64,000 nucleotides of DNA from the human T2T-CHM13v2.0 reference genome, Homo sapiens. The notes beneath the pieces are model-generated. The model saw nothing but the letters and a program-made list of their open reading frames with translations. It did no database searches and was not told the origin of the DNA. Both the position numbers and the translations under genes were made by a program. The stretch lies in NCBI RefSeq assembly GCF_009914755.1, contig NC_060934.1; one strand, written 5' to 3'. Of the stretch, positions 1 to 13,745 are shown piece after piece. The first letter of the stretch is position 1, and each line of letters starts with the position of its first letter.

Positions 1-744
1 TTAGAGACCCAACATCTCAATCTCATAGTGGAATCTGGCCATGGACTTGTTTCAAAGAATATTAATAAACTAGGCTCCACCCAATTTATTTGCTGTATCA
101 AATGTTTTCAGTCTGTGCTGCAGTTCAAATAGTTTGACAAAAAATAAACAAGCTACTGGGGAGTGTGAATGATGACCAGGATCTGGGTGTAGCTTATTGT
201 GACATTGTAAACTGTGGACTAAACAATTTCTTCTATTAAACATTGCTCGAACTGTTGAGCAGTTCTAAGTTAAAATCTGACAAAAACTAAAAAGAAAATA
301 TGTGCTTGACAAATAATGAAAATACAACCTATAGGCAGAAAACTGCATGATTTAGAAAAGCATTTTGATATTTTTATATTCATTCCAGGATAAAGGAACA
401 AGCCCAACTTGAGGCCGGCAGGAAGAGCCTAACTTGGTTTCCATGACAAAGTATAGCCACTGCTGTTTTATATTACCCCTTCGTAGATGCTGCCAAAGAA
501 AGTGGAGTATCCAAGGGAAGATGTTATATTGGTCACCTCTTCCTTCTGGCACCTGGTTAGCACTCCCATTCCCTTTTTCCTCTTATCCAATTTTCATCTC
601 TATGCCTTCATTTTAATTTGATCGGCCTCACATCTTATTAACCGTTTTTCCAAATGTCCCTGCAGTGGTTTACCTTTTAAATTGTCGTCTTTAAAGAAAA
701 ACAAGCAACTTTGACACTCAAAGTAAAATATTAGCTTTTATGAC

Positions 745-1042
745 TGATATGGTGACCCGGTGGGAGGTCATTGAATCATAAGGGCAGGTCTTTCCCATGC
801 TATTCTCATAACAGTGAATAAGTCTCACAAGATCTGATGGTTTTATAAAGGGGAGTTCTGCTGCATACACTCTGTCTTGCCTGCTGCCATGCAAGATGTG
901 ACTTAGCTCCTCCTTTGCCTTCCACCATGATTGTGAGGCCTCCCCAGCCATGTGGAACTGTGAGTTGAATAAACCTCTTTCCTTTATAAATTACCTAGTC
1001 TCAGGTATGTCTTTATTAGCAGCATGAGAACAGACTAATACG
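745..1042 (+). mobile_element. THE1 (ERVL-MaLR) solo LTR with an internal deletion near its 5' end
   Basis: Starts TGATATGGT and ends GAACAGACTAATAC(G). Body matches THE1 (gagatctgatggttttataaagggg, ccttccaccatgattgtgaggcctccccagccatgtggaactgtgag). Jumps from TGATATGGT straight to GACCCGGTGGGAGG. Confidence 0.9.
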
Positions 1043-1099
1043 ATACCCATAGTAATGTCAATGATAATGATATTAGTTATAACCTGGTAGCCATCATCT

Positions 1100-1450
1100 A
1101 CTGAACGTCTCTGATAAGTAAAACATTTGAAATACTTTATCTCACTTGATCATCATATCAGCCCTGGGAAGTAAATACAATTATAATTACTATTTTACTA
1201 ATGAGGAAATTCAGGCTTAGGGAGATTATATAACTTACAATAATTTATGTATTCCACAAATATATATTGGCTGACTGCATGTTCCTAGTATAGTGCTGGG
1301 TCTACCACCGTGAACACTTAGCCATGAAGTATGGAGTCTGTACCCCCGCAATGTAGACAGATAATACACAAACAACAATAAAAACACGTGATTCCAAAGG
1401 GGGATAAGTGTTCAGGAGGAAAAGGACAGGGTGCTGTGAAGAACAGTAAG
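1100..1450 (-). mobile_element. MIR and L2 fragments
   Basis: MIR-like ttttactaatgaggaaattcaggcttagggaga, followed by L2-like attccacaaatatatattggctgactgcatgttcc. Boundaries approximate. Confidence 0.5.
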
Positions 1451-1825
1451 AGGCTACAATTAATACATGGTGGTCTGGCCCCAAGTTTGTCTAAACTGAA
1501 GCCTGTCTCTGAGGACTATGTTCTTAATTGACCTTTCTGTCCTTCCTCTATGGTACAGCACAGCCTAGAGCTGGATGGATGGGACTTTGACATCCCTGGG
1601 CCTGTCCAATGTATCTTGCCAGCTGGATTTCTCAATTGTCTACTTTCATCTTGGTCTTCTTTGGGTATGGAGACCCTATAGTCTTTCCCAGAAGGCTTTT
1701 CTACTATTTTTTTCTTTCTCCTTTTTTTTTTAACATATGGGCAAGTCCCTTCCTTCCTGTGTTCTTCCCTCATCCCCTCCTGCCTTTCTTCCCTCCTTTC
1801 CTTCCATCATCTGTTTATATTACTT

Positions 1826-2193
1826 TATTTCTACCAAAAATATAATGTATTCAACAAATGTTTATCTTTAATAAATTTATTCAATATTGAATAAATTTAA
1901 TATTTATTTAAATATTATTTATTATTAAATGAATAAACCGAAAACCAAACCAAGACAACCACCATGAATCACCTTCCAGTGGCTTCTGGGTGATCTCAGA
2001 GTAGCACCAAGTCCTTAATGTGGCCTCTCCTGGTGTCCGTTGCAGCCTATTATTAAATATTAAATAAAATTAATATTTAATATTAAAATTAATATTAAGT
2101 ATTAAATATTTAATAAACTTATTAAATATTAAATATAAAGAAATTTATCTTTAATAAACATTTGTTGAATGCATTATATTTTTGGTAGAAATA
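1826..2193. repeat. 40-bp inverted repeat enclosing AT-rich palindromic filler and a 108-bp copy of 3558-3664
   Basis: 1826-1865 is the reverse complement of 2154-2193 (1 mismatch). 1872-1899 is a perfect 28-bp palindrome. 1940-2047 aligns to 3558-3664. Confidence 0.9.
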
Positions 2194-2909
2194 TGACAAA
2201 TTTTTATTGGTAACAGGGCTTAGCAGAGTCTTCTCTATAAGTACTTATTGACTAAGTGAATGTACTGGACTTAAAAGAAAACAAATTTAAAACAAACAGG
2301 ATCCCTGTTCTCAAGGAGTTTACATTGGCTGAGCAGAAAGACACCTAGAAAGCAGGTACTAATGAGTAGGGTGCACTTTGGATGGCTCTCCAAAAATTCT
2401 ACTGTGCAAAATTCTAACAGATTGGATTTGTCTCACAATTCTTTGAAGAGCTCACTTCAATGGTTCCCAAAGCTCTGATTTGTAGTTTGCTCATCAACTG
2501 TGTCTATGGATCTCTTGATGCAAAAGAAGGAAATTTTTTCAAAGCTCAAATAAGGCTCTGCAGGTCATTGTCCAGGATGGATTTACTAGCACTATTCCCA
2601 GTGGCATAAATTTATTAGGATGGTAGTGAGCAGAGTGATGATGAAGGGGGAAAGGGGTGGGTGTGTCACGTGAGACTTCCTCATCCATGTGCAATGAACT
2701 TGGCTACACAGTCAGTGCTCCCAAAGTTAATAATTTCCATTTGCATCATCAGCACTCCAAAGAATTTGATGGATATCCACAGATGAGCATGTGACTTACA
2801 GCCTCCTCCATAGAAAACTCATTCCATCAATAAAATATGTGTCCCTTTCACTCTAGGTCTACACAGCCCCCTGCCATTCTTTTTACATGCTATCCTCTCT
2901 TACAGCCTT

Positions 2910-3347
2910 GGATTCTTTCCTAGTGCTGCTGGAACAAATTACCACAAACTGGGTGGCTTAAAACAATAGAAATGAATTCTCACAAAGTTCTAGAAACTAG
3001 AGGCCTGAAGTCAAGGTGTCAGCAAGGCCATGCTCCTCTGAGGGCTGTAGGGGAGGACTCCTCCTTTCCTCTTCCAGCTCGTGGGGGCTGCCTGCAATCC
3101 ATGGCATTCCTTGTTTTGCAGATGCATCACTCTGATCTTTTTCCCTGTGTGTGTCCGCGTCTTCACATCTCTCTCTGCTTGCAAGGACACCAGTCATTGG
3201 CTTTAGGTATCACCCCAATGCAGTATGAACTCATCTTTACTTGATTACACCTGCAAGGACCCCATTTCTAAGTAAGATCTTATCCACAGGTACTATGGAT
3301 TAGTGCTTGGATGTGTATTTCTAGGGTATATGACACAACCCACCACA
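2910..3347 (-). mobile_element. MLT1 (B/C-like) MaLR LTR
   Basis: acaaattaccacaaactgggtggcttaaaacaatagaaat...gtcaaggtgtcagcaaggccatgctcc...acaacccaccaca. Confidence 0.8.
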
Positions 3348-3349
3348 AA

Positions 3350-4110
3350 TCTCATGCCTCCAAAATGTATCTGGAATCCTCACACTTCTCACTAGCTCCA
3401 GTGTGATCACCCTATCCTGACCACCATCTTCTCCCTCTTGGTGACTCCAGGCCTCCAGATGGGCCTCACTGCATCCTCTCCTGCCCCCTATGGTCACTCC
3501 CTACCCCGCAGCCAGTGTCATCTATTGGAAATGCAAATCATAGTGTTTCTTTCTAGGGAAAACCAAACTGGAACCACCACCACAAATCCCCTTCCAGTGG
3601 CCTCTGGGTGATCTCAGAATAACACCAAGTCCTTATGTGGCCTCTCCTGGTGTCCATTGCAGCCAGCCACAGTGGTCTCCTTCCCCTCCCTCAAATGCCT
3701 GGAGTTTCCTCCTGTCTCCAGTTACAGGATTTGCCATGGCCTCTGCCCATGAAGTGCTGCATGACCTTGCAGGACGGGCTTCTTCTTTTGTTCAGGTCCC
3801 ATCCCAAATGTCATCCTGACAGATGCCATCCCTGGTCTCCTGATCTATAACATTTTTCCTGTCCCCCAGTTCCCCACGCTGTTCCTCTTGTCCCACACAC
3901 AGATGCCTTTCTGCACGACATTATAATTGCCTGAATTATGTTGTTCATTTATTTTAATGAGGTGTGTCTATCTCTGCAGCCCACCAAAATGTCAGTCCCA
4001 TTAGAGCAGGACTGGTCTCTCCTGGTCCCATGGTGTCCTCGGTGCCTGCACAGTGTCTAGCACTTACTGGGTGCTCAAAAGTCTCTGTTGAGTGACTGGA
4101 TGGAGGGATG
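3350..4110 (+). mobile_element. L2 LINE 3' region
   Basis: Typical L2 body, ending cagtgtctagcacttactgggtgctcaaaagtctctgttgagtgactgga. Confidence 0.7.
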
Positions 4111-5212
4111 AAGTGACTATCCATAAGGTGATGATATTTGGCTATCTGATCTAGACTGTGAGATATTGAAATAAGGCAATTAGAAGAAGAAGAGGTGCTG
4201 TTGACAGTGAGCAGATTGGCCATTGAGGGAGGAATCCAAGACTGGTGACACATGGCAACATCAGAGCTCAAATGTGTAGAGTGACCTGGGGACATTTAGT
4301 GTAGGGGCAAAGAAAGTGAGCCCTTCAATAGCTCATGCAAACCTGGCTTTTGTGAAGGGACTATCCCAGGTCTCCTCCACCTGTAAGCGCAAATGAAGCT
4401 ACATGAAGAGCAGGGACTCCAATCCCTTGCTCTTGTCCTCATCTGGCTCATGGTCTCCATCCATCCCCACCTGGCCCTAAGCCTTTTTGGTTTCCATGGG
4501 AGCCTCTCTCATGAAGTGTGTGGTGCTCTCAGTGAGATCTCAGGCCCTGTGCCAGGGTGCTCCCTCTCGAAGCTGCCCAAATCACCTGTCCTTGAGGGTC
4601 TGCACCCTGCTGGGTCCCCAAAGGCCTTTCCTCTAGCTCCAGTAACCACAGCAAACATTTCATGGCCCTTGCTTATGTGCCAGGCACAATTCTGAGTCCT
4701 TTATGTAAATAAATGCACCTCATTTCATCAATCCAGACACTCTCCCCTACCTCCTACATTTTAACATCTCTAAAATTGGGATGCATCCTACAATGATATC
4801 ATAGACCCAGTTGAATAGGAATGTCAACCCTGCCAACAACCTTCTGAGGAGGGTGCTATTATTATCCTGCCCTCAAGAGAAGGCACAGGGAATTTAGGGA
4901 ATCTCTGTTATGTACGCTGCTGAGCTGTAATTCAGCCACAGCTCAGAGCCCAAGCTCTTCAAGGAAGCACTTTATGCTACCCTGGTCACCTGCACACCAA
5001 ACCACATCATTATCTGTCTCTCCCTTCTGTCCATTTCCTTTGTGACCATGGAACTTAGAGCATGCACCCTCAAATAAGCTCTTTTCTCCTTTGTAGCCCA
5101 TTTAAAGGCCTTCTTGAATATCAACTTATGTAGTTACACCCTCAGAAGGGTCACCAGGCCAACTATTCCACAGACTCTGAACCCAGTTTGGGTTTTCCCA
5201 GAGACTTTGTTT

Positions 5213-5685
5213 ATAAGCTAAGTACTTTTAGCTGCAAGAAAAAGAATCTCTTGACTATAATGACTTCACAGGAAGACACTCATTTTTTCACTTACCCAGA
5301 AATTCAGGAAAGGCCAGGTGGGAAAGGGGGTTCTATCTGGGAATAATTCAGCAGCTTAGAGATGCTTTCAAGGACTCAGGTGTCTGCTTTCCTTGGGGTA
5401 TTATCATAGCTCCTGATCAGGTAGACACAGCTATGTCCAGAAGAGAAATTATCTCTTTCTCATCTCTTTTTATTTAGACTCAAAACAAAACAAACTCCCT
5501 TCACCCTCAACTTTTCCACAAGTTCCCCAGAATGTTCCATTGGTCAAGTTTGAGTCATGCATTCAGGCTCTAGCTGCAAGGCAGGCTGAGGAAGCTGGTG
5601 CCTGGCCATATCAGTCTGGACAATGGCAGATGGGCTTCACCAGCAAAGGAGTGGGTGAGTTGGTGGGAAGGGTTACAACAGTGCC
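5213..5685 (-). mobile_element. old MLT1 (J/K-like) LTR
   Basis: ttttagctgcaagaaaaagaatctc...cattggtcaagtttgagtcatgc...tagctgcaaggcaggctgaggaagc. Confidence 0.55.
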
Positions 5686-7099
5686 TGTGAGTCCTGCTAT
5701 TAACTGGCAAATTTTGTGCAATCAGAGATGTTCAATGATGCCGAACCTGAATATCCAAAAAAGGTTAATTGAGCTCATTATTATCAGTATAAGCATCCAG
5801 GGAAGCAGGTACTATATTTTAGAATATTTTCTATCCTCTATGTTTAAAAACAAAAGCTTTTGTGTATCAATTTTCTAGAAAATTCACTTTCATAGAACCT
5901 TCATCCTCTGATAATTCCACATCGATTAAACATGATTGTAAGTGAATAACTTGCTCTTCTAATTGGCCAATCATACCAAAGAAATCTTGGTAAGTAATTA
6001 TTTGAGCTCCGACCAATTTATAGTCAGGCTGATTCTCAAACAGGCTTACTGAATTGTCTTTAGGGCCTTTCCCTATGTCTTCCTTTTCTCTTGCTTTTTC
6101 TAGCAGAGTAGAAAAAAATGGGCAAAACCTGAAATTTAATTAATATCCAGACAGTTATACTCCGGGCAGAGCATTGGTGGGATGAAACACTTGAAACTCA
6201 TGATTTCAGAGAGCTTTGGGGGCTTATTCTTGAGTACTTGAGTAAACTATCCCTGTTTTTCCTGTGATTCTTAGATCCTTGCTATTAAATTCACAGAGCC
6301 ACTGTGTTTTGGAACCAAAAGGCACATTAGAATTTCAGAAATATTTCATTTTTAAATGACTGATTAATGGTACCTTAATAATGCTTATTATTGATAGAAG
6401 ATTTAACTTATTTTTCCTAGTATGGGGGAAACTGAGAATCACATGATTTGTTTAAAGTCACAAACAGTTACTAGCAGAAGACTCTAAACTGCAGCACACT
6501 CCCATGCCCGACTGGAACAATTGGAACAAACATAGTTGTGATGACTTCTTTGTTCTTTCTCTCATTTTCTTGTTGTGGTCTATGAGGAAATTCATCTGAG
6601 GATCAGAAACAGTACGACTCAAATAATATTTAATTATAAATGAGAAGAGTCAGAGTGGCCTCCTGCCAATAAAACTCCTTTGCTTTTAACCTTTGCAAAT
6701 GCAATGACCAGAATAAATGATGCTCTGAATGGGCTCACGTAATCACATTTAGTTGCCTTTCTGACCTTATCTTGGAAAACATTATAAAGGCATGTTTTCT
6801 AAGTATTGTGTACAGGGCATGTGTAGGATATAAGATTTCTGTTAAAAACCACTCAAATCGTCTTTAAACAATTGATGTTCAAATATGAACTGTCTGCTTG
6901 GAATCATAAATATTTACAAGGCTGACATTTGATTATTTTTTATGAAAGTAGAGAAAACACTTCAGCTGCCATTTAGGTGTTTGGAGAGGTGTTTGCTTTT
7001 GTTTTTCGGAGATGTTTGGGCACTCCTTGTTATTGACTGCCTCGCTGGTCGGTTTTAGGAAGCTTCCATCTTGTGGCAGACACAAATGCCTTAACATCT

Positions 7100-7255
7100 T
7101 GGGAAATTCCCATTGCAGATTATGATCAGAGGCACAGGGTAGTTAAATAACTGGGCCAAAAGTCACAGAGCCAGTAAGTGGAGTAGCTGAATTGAAACCA
7201 GGTGGTCTGGCTTCTGAGTCCATTGTTATTATCCACAGTGCTACATTGCCTCCCA
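7100..7255 (-). mobile_element. MIR
   Basis: cccattgcagat...gaggcacagggtagttaaataactgggccaaagtcacagagccagtaagtggagtagctgaattgaaaccaggt. Confidence 0.7.
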
Positions 7256-7623
7256 TTGTATCTGCTGTAGTCACTATCCACTCATTGACTAGCTGCTCTT
7301 GTCAATATTCAGCCAAGCATTTGCAAATCCTACTGTGTCCTCTTGTCACCTTTGTGTGGTGGTCAGATGCTCAGGTGCTGAGGAGGACAGGAGGAGATTG
7401 GACAGGAGAGGTCCGTAGGCAACGGGCCCCATAAAGTCCACCAGAGAAGCCTGGCTCTACAGACCTGGTCCTCCGTGGACTGGGACACGACAATTGCAAA
7501 GGATCATCATCATGAAGAATGAAAAGCCAGGAGCTCTTTGGTAGCCAGGATCATACACTGGAGAACAGAAGAGAGCTGGGGTTTGGTGGTTACCTCAGCA
7601 GCTGTGTGTCCAGGATGGACTAG

Positions 7624-7875
<252 letters not shown>

Positions 7876-7900
7876 TGACAAAAAATTTTTTGATGTCTTT

Positions 7901-8031
7901 TTGGGGGAAAGGAAGAGAGATCAGACTGTTACTGTGTCTATGTAGAAAAAGGAAGACAAAAGAAACTCCGTTTAGATCTGTACAAAGAAAAATTGTTCTG
8001 CTTTGAGATGCTGTTAATCTGTAAGTTTAGC
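7901..8031 (+). mobile_element. HERV-K(HML-2) LTR5 (A/B-like) 5' U3 fragment, about 130 bp
   Basis: gggggaaaggaagagagatcagactgttactgtgtctatgtagaaaaaggaagac...gaaaaattgttctgctttgagatgctgttaatctgtaa matches the start of LTR5. Confidence 0.85.
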
Positions 8032-8051
8032 ATACACTTAATCTGTAAATT

Positions 8052-8238
8052 TAGTGCTGGAGCTGGCTTCTGCTGGCTGGCTTCCCAAGTCTGGGTTTAG
8101 TGACTTTGCATTAGTAGTTTGAAATTGGCCACAGTAGGAGTGTTCATACCATAGAAAGTGGTAAATTCTACAGATGAAGTTTCCTCCAACCCTGGTCCCT
8201 CCCGCTAGCCAGTAGTTAAACATTTACAAACACACTCA
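8052..8238. mobile_element. hAT DNA transposon fragment (MER63-like)
   Basis: gtgctggagctggct...tttgaaattggccacagtaggagtg...ccagtagttaaacatttacaaacacact. Confidence 0.55.
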
Positions 8239-8888
8239 TGGAAAGGAGTGAAAGTCACAAAAATCAGTTTAGATTTAATTCCTTCCCAATTAGCGGGATG
8301 TCCTTGCTCTTGAGCCAGGCTTCCAAATCCTGCTGAAGTCACCACCTGGGACCACTTAGGCTTATTTTCCCCTTCTCCTTAACCAACTCTGCTCTCCTCT
8401 GTCTTCTGAAATTCCATTCTGAATGTGCCTCAATCCTTTCCCATCTCCATCCAGATGCTTTGGCCTAATTCTGGGCTACTCTTTTGACTCTGGTAGCAGC
8501 TTCTTAACTTGTGCCATTGGACAGAGTCTTGCCCTGCTTAGCAGCTGTCAACCCCCCCTTTAATCCCTGGGATGATCTTTCTAAAACACAACACAAGGTA
8601 CATCTATTGCCAGGCACTTGTTTTAAAAGAAACACCTTAGCTTGTTATGGAAGACTTGGCCGCAATCTCTTTCTCACTCTTTCTGTCCAGCTTCATCTCA
8701 GGCTCCTTCCTTTGCCTCACCTTGCATTTTAGCCTCACTGAGCTCTGCTGCTGGAAGGAAACCCTGAGTCCCCACAGCATTTTGTGCAAGCCATGATGAT
8801 CACTCACACCCCATTATGTTGAAATCCATGTATTCCTCTATCTTCCTCTGATCTGTGGTCCTCAATCACCAGGAAGATGTCTACTCCA

Positions 8889-9660
8889 TGTAGTCACTAT
8901 CATAGATCTCTATTGGTTTGTTTACTCATTACCACTCCTTCATCTTTTTCTTTGGGAAACTGTTTATCTCACCCCTACCCTGTTTCCATGGCTCCAGGTG
9001 GCCCCCTTTTGAACCTCCATCCAAGACGATGTAGGACCTTGGCTCAAGATGGGCCAAGTAATGTCTTCTTTGGTATATTGGAACTGGAAGAGAGTGGAGG
9101 GAAAGCAAGCTTCTTTTCTTGGTGCCTGGAATGTAAGATGTAAAATTCAAAGAATGTCTGGTGGTCATATTCTTCTGATGTGTGGACTGAGAGTGAAAGA
9201 AGCCAGTCTTCAGTAGAAGTTATCGCCTGCTGATGTGTAGCCAAGTAGACATGAGAGACTCATTTGTGAAATTGAATAGCAAGTATGTTAACAAGAAGGT
9301 AAAAACAACTTCTTGTATTTTCTGGCAAGTTTTAATTAAGGAAAACTCTAAAATATTAATTAAAACTAGCCACCTCCCACCAATTTTAGTTAAAATTATA
9401 AGACAGCACAGCATGTATGACTCAAATCTGCTTACTGCTTTTTGAGAACTTAAGTGTTTGATTTTTATTCTTCTCAGACTTTTCATCTTTTAATACCAGA
9501 GGTATTGGTTTCAGTCATATGATGGGAAAGAGGGATTTCTGGATTGACTCTGTTCCAGAGACTGGGCTGCCTTTAAGGTGTTGTGTTATTATGACATCTT
9601 TCCAATAAAAAGCCTTGTTTGCTTCAGCTAGTTTGGATTGGGATTTTCTAGTAACTTCTG
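8889..9660 (+). mobile_element. old ERVL LTR (LTR16/LTR33-like), interrupted by a duplicated segment at 9261-9524
   Basis: 3' end aataaaaagccttgtttgcttcagctagtttggattgggattttc is typical of this LTR class. Confidence 0.5.
9261..9524 (+). repeat. dispersed direct duplication, copy 1 (of 10486-10754)
   Basis: About 265 bp aligning end to end with 10486-10754, roughly 90% identical by eye. Confidence 0.95.
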
Positions 9661-10156
9661 TAAAATATTAAAAATAATGCCTCCACCCAAGATATCCATG
9701 TCCTAATCCCTGAAACCTATAAACATATCACATGACATAACAAATGGAAATTAAAGTAGCAGATGGAATCAAGATTGCTAATTAGTGGATTTTAAAATAG
9801 GGAAATCATCCTGGATTATCTGGGTGTACCCAATATAATCACAAGCATCTTTAGAAGTGGCAGAGGGAGACAGCAGAGAAGTTCAGAGTGATGGGATGTG
9901 AGGAGGATTTGACCCACTGTTGCTGACTATGAGGATGGAAGAAGGGGCCATGAGGAAGGTGGAGGGGCTCCAGGAGCTGGAAAAGGCAAAGAAACAGATT
10001 CTCCCCAAGAGGCTCCAGAAGGAACACAGCCTTGCATTCCTTGATTTTAGCCCTGTAGGACCTGTGTTGGGCTTCTGATCTGCAGACCTGTAAGATGATA
10101 AATTTGTGTTGCTTAAGCCACTACGTTTGTCACAGCAGTAAAAGACAATTCATATA
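9660..10156 (+). mobile_element. MLT1 (D/E-like) MaLR LTR
   Basis: aagatatccatgtcctaatccctgaaacc...atcctggattatctgggtg...gtaagatgataaatttgtgttgcttaagccac. Confidence 0.85.
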
Positions 10157-10485
10157 CTCTAGCAAACTTATAATCATTAAGACCATCTCTGCTTTTAATA
10201 TCTCAAATGTTCCAATTCTCTTCTGTGAACACATTTCTCCATTTCTGCTCTTTGGTCTTAGTAAGATTCTTAATTCCTTATGTTCTTCAGTCTCTGCTTC
10301 CACACACACATATTTCATTTTCCTCCAAATGATGCAAATCTTCTAGCAGAGTTGCTGGCACATGAAAGGCATCCATTAGAGTAGTGATAGTAGTAGTGGT
10401 TTTGATTATTGTTATCATACTAAAGGGATTTCTTACTTCTACAGAGCCTAGAACAATGCCTCCCTTAGAAGTAGTTGTGATGAAA

Positions 10486-10754
10486 CATTTGTGAAATTGA
10501 ATAGCAAGTATGTTAACAAGAATGTAAAAACAACTCTTTGTATTTTCTGGCAAGTTTTAATTAAGGAAAACTCTAAAATATTAATTAAAACTAGCCAGCT
10601 CCCACGATTTTAGTTAAAATTATAAGACAGCACAGCATGTATGACTCACATCTCCTGCTTACTTCTTTTTGAGAACTTAAGTGTTTGATTTTTATCCTTA
10701 CTCTCAGGCTTTTCATCTTTTAATACCAAAGGTATTGGTTTCAGTCATATGATG
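10486..10754 (+). repeat. dispersed direct duplication, copy 2 (probable donor)
   Basis: Matches 9261-9524 and is contiguous with an upstream L2 3' tail (cctagaacaatgcc...aaacatttgtgaaattgaat). Confidence 0.95.
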
Positions 10755-11289
10755 ACAAACTGAAAGCCATTAATGTTTTTCAAAAGATGAGATGAACCCA
10801 TCAGCTCATACACATTATTCAATTAGGAACTTGTAATTTATGTTCAGCTGACCAAGTTGTATGTCTTCAGACATTCCTATTGATTTTAATTTTATTTTAT
10901 TCAATATTTTGAATGAACAAGTTGTCCAATAACTTGAGATTTAGTAGCTTTGCCTTCTCTAGAATTTTTAACTGCCTCCTGAAGTCTATCTATACGACCT
11001 TTGTCATTAATGTGGGACCTGTCATATGAAGAGTTTGTGAGAACTCAGAATGTAGTTGTTGTAAATAGCAACCAAAGTTTTAAAGTAAAATCAGCATTTT
11101 GCTGAAATGTAATTCAGAAGCCTGCTTGAGCATAGTATAAATGTGATTAGGGTAATACGCCTGGGTTTTAATGAACAGGCTGCAGAAATGAGGGGACACT
11201 TGGTGCAGTTTGTAGCCAGGCTTGGGAGCCGGAGCTCAAATCTCAGTTTGATATTAACTTGTGGCCTTAAGTCAATTACTTGACTCTTC

Positions 11290-11950
11290 ATTTTTATGTT
11301 TTTTAAAAAAACTGTGGAATGCTTCAAATATGCAAAATAACATAACGAACTTACCTTCTAGCTTTAATAAGTGTTAACTTTTTTTCATATTTGCTATGGC
11401 TCTTTTTTGGGAGGTAAGAGAGAAAACACTGCAGATCTGTGTAAACCCCCCTCTTGCATGCCTCCCCTTTCCCCAGCCCCTTCCTCTCCTTCTTTCTGTG
11501 GAGTAGCTTCCACCATAAAGTTGGTGTGTTGTACTCTTATGTCTTAAAGAATGAGTTCTACATGTTTTTAAACTTTGCATAAATGGTATCCTACTGTGCA
11601 TATTTTGCAGCTTCCTTCTTTTACATACCATTTTTGAGGATTAACCATGTCAGCATTGCTCTTAGTCATTTGAAATGCTTTGCCATTTTCTATTAGACAA
11701 ACATGTGACAGCTTATTTTTCTATAATTCTATCCATAGATTTTAAAATTACGCTCAGTGAGAAACAATGATGTAGCAAGCATTTTTGTGCATAGGCTTGA
11801 GGGAGAGTTTTTCTAGATTAGAAAAGTAGAAAAGGAAGTGTTGGGATTTAGTGCACGTGCATCTTGAACTTCCCCAAATCTTGTCACATTGCCCTCCGAA
11901 ATGACTGGCATACCAGCTGTGTGTGACAGTCTTGTTTCTCTGCATTCTTA
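11290..11950 (-). mobile_element. old L1 (L1ME-like) 3' region, resuming at about 12926-13280
   Basis: ataaatggtatcctactgtgcatattttgcagcttcc; ttttaatttgcatttccttgatt; aatcccttgttggatgtatgtattgcagatatcttctc. Confidence 0.65.
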
Positions 11951-11951
11951 C

Positions 11952-12925
<974 letters not shown>

Positions 12926-13282
12926 TTTGACAACTTGATATTTTCATCATAAACTTTTAGTCAACTTGATGAGTGTGAACTAGAACCTCATTTGTATTTT
13001 AATTTGCATTTCCTTGATTATGAGTGTGACCAAGTGGGTTTCCTCTTCTCTGACTTGCCTGTTCATTTATAATGCACATTTTTCCTTGAAAGTTTTTCCT
13101 ACTTTTTTTCTTGATTTGCAATTCTTTCCACATTTTAAATATTAAATCCCTTGTTGGATGTATGTATTGCAGATATCTTCTCCTCGTCTCTAAATTGCAT
13201 TTCTTTTCCATTCCTGGGTTACTGAGTTATTTTCTATGAATGAAGGCTGAATTTTCTTGAATGGTTTTTCTTTATTCATTGG

Positions 13283-13745
13283 TGGATTAGTCTCTTGCGG
13301 CCACTGGAACAAATTGCCACAAACTGGATAACTTAAAATAACAGAAATTTATTCTCTCACATTCCTGGAGACCAAGGTCTAAAATCCAGGTGTCAGCAGG
13401 ACTGGTTCCTTGTGGAGGCTCTGAGCAAGAACCCATTCCATGCTTCTCTTCTAGGTTCTGGGGGCTGCAGGCAATGCTTTGTGCTCCCTGGCCTGTAGCT
13501 GTGTCCCTCGAGTCACGGAATCTGTCTTCACAACACCTTCTCCTCTGTCTTCCATGTGTGCCTCTTATAAGGACACCTGTCACTGAAATTCAGGCCTATC
13601 TAGATAATCCAGGATGATTTCCTCATCTCAAGATCCTTAATTATATACACAACGATACTTTCTCCAAATACGTTAACATTCACAGTTTCAGGGATTAAGA
13701 TGAGGATGTATATTTTTTGGGGGGCCAACATGCAGCCCAGTATAA
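13283..13745 (-). mobile_element. MLT1C-like MaLR LTR
   Basis: acaaattgccacaaactggataacttaaaataacagaaatttattctctcac...gataatccaggatgatttcctcatctcaagatccttaa. Confidence 0.85.
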
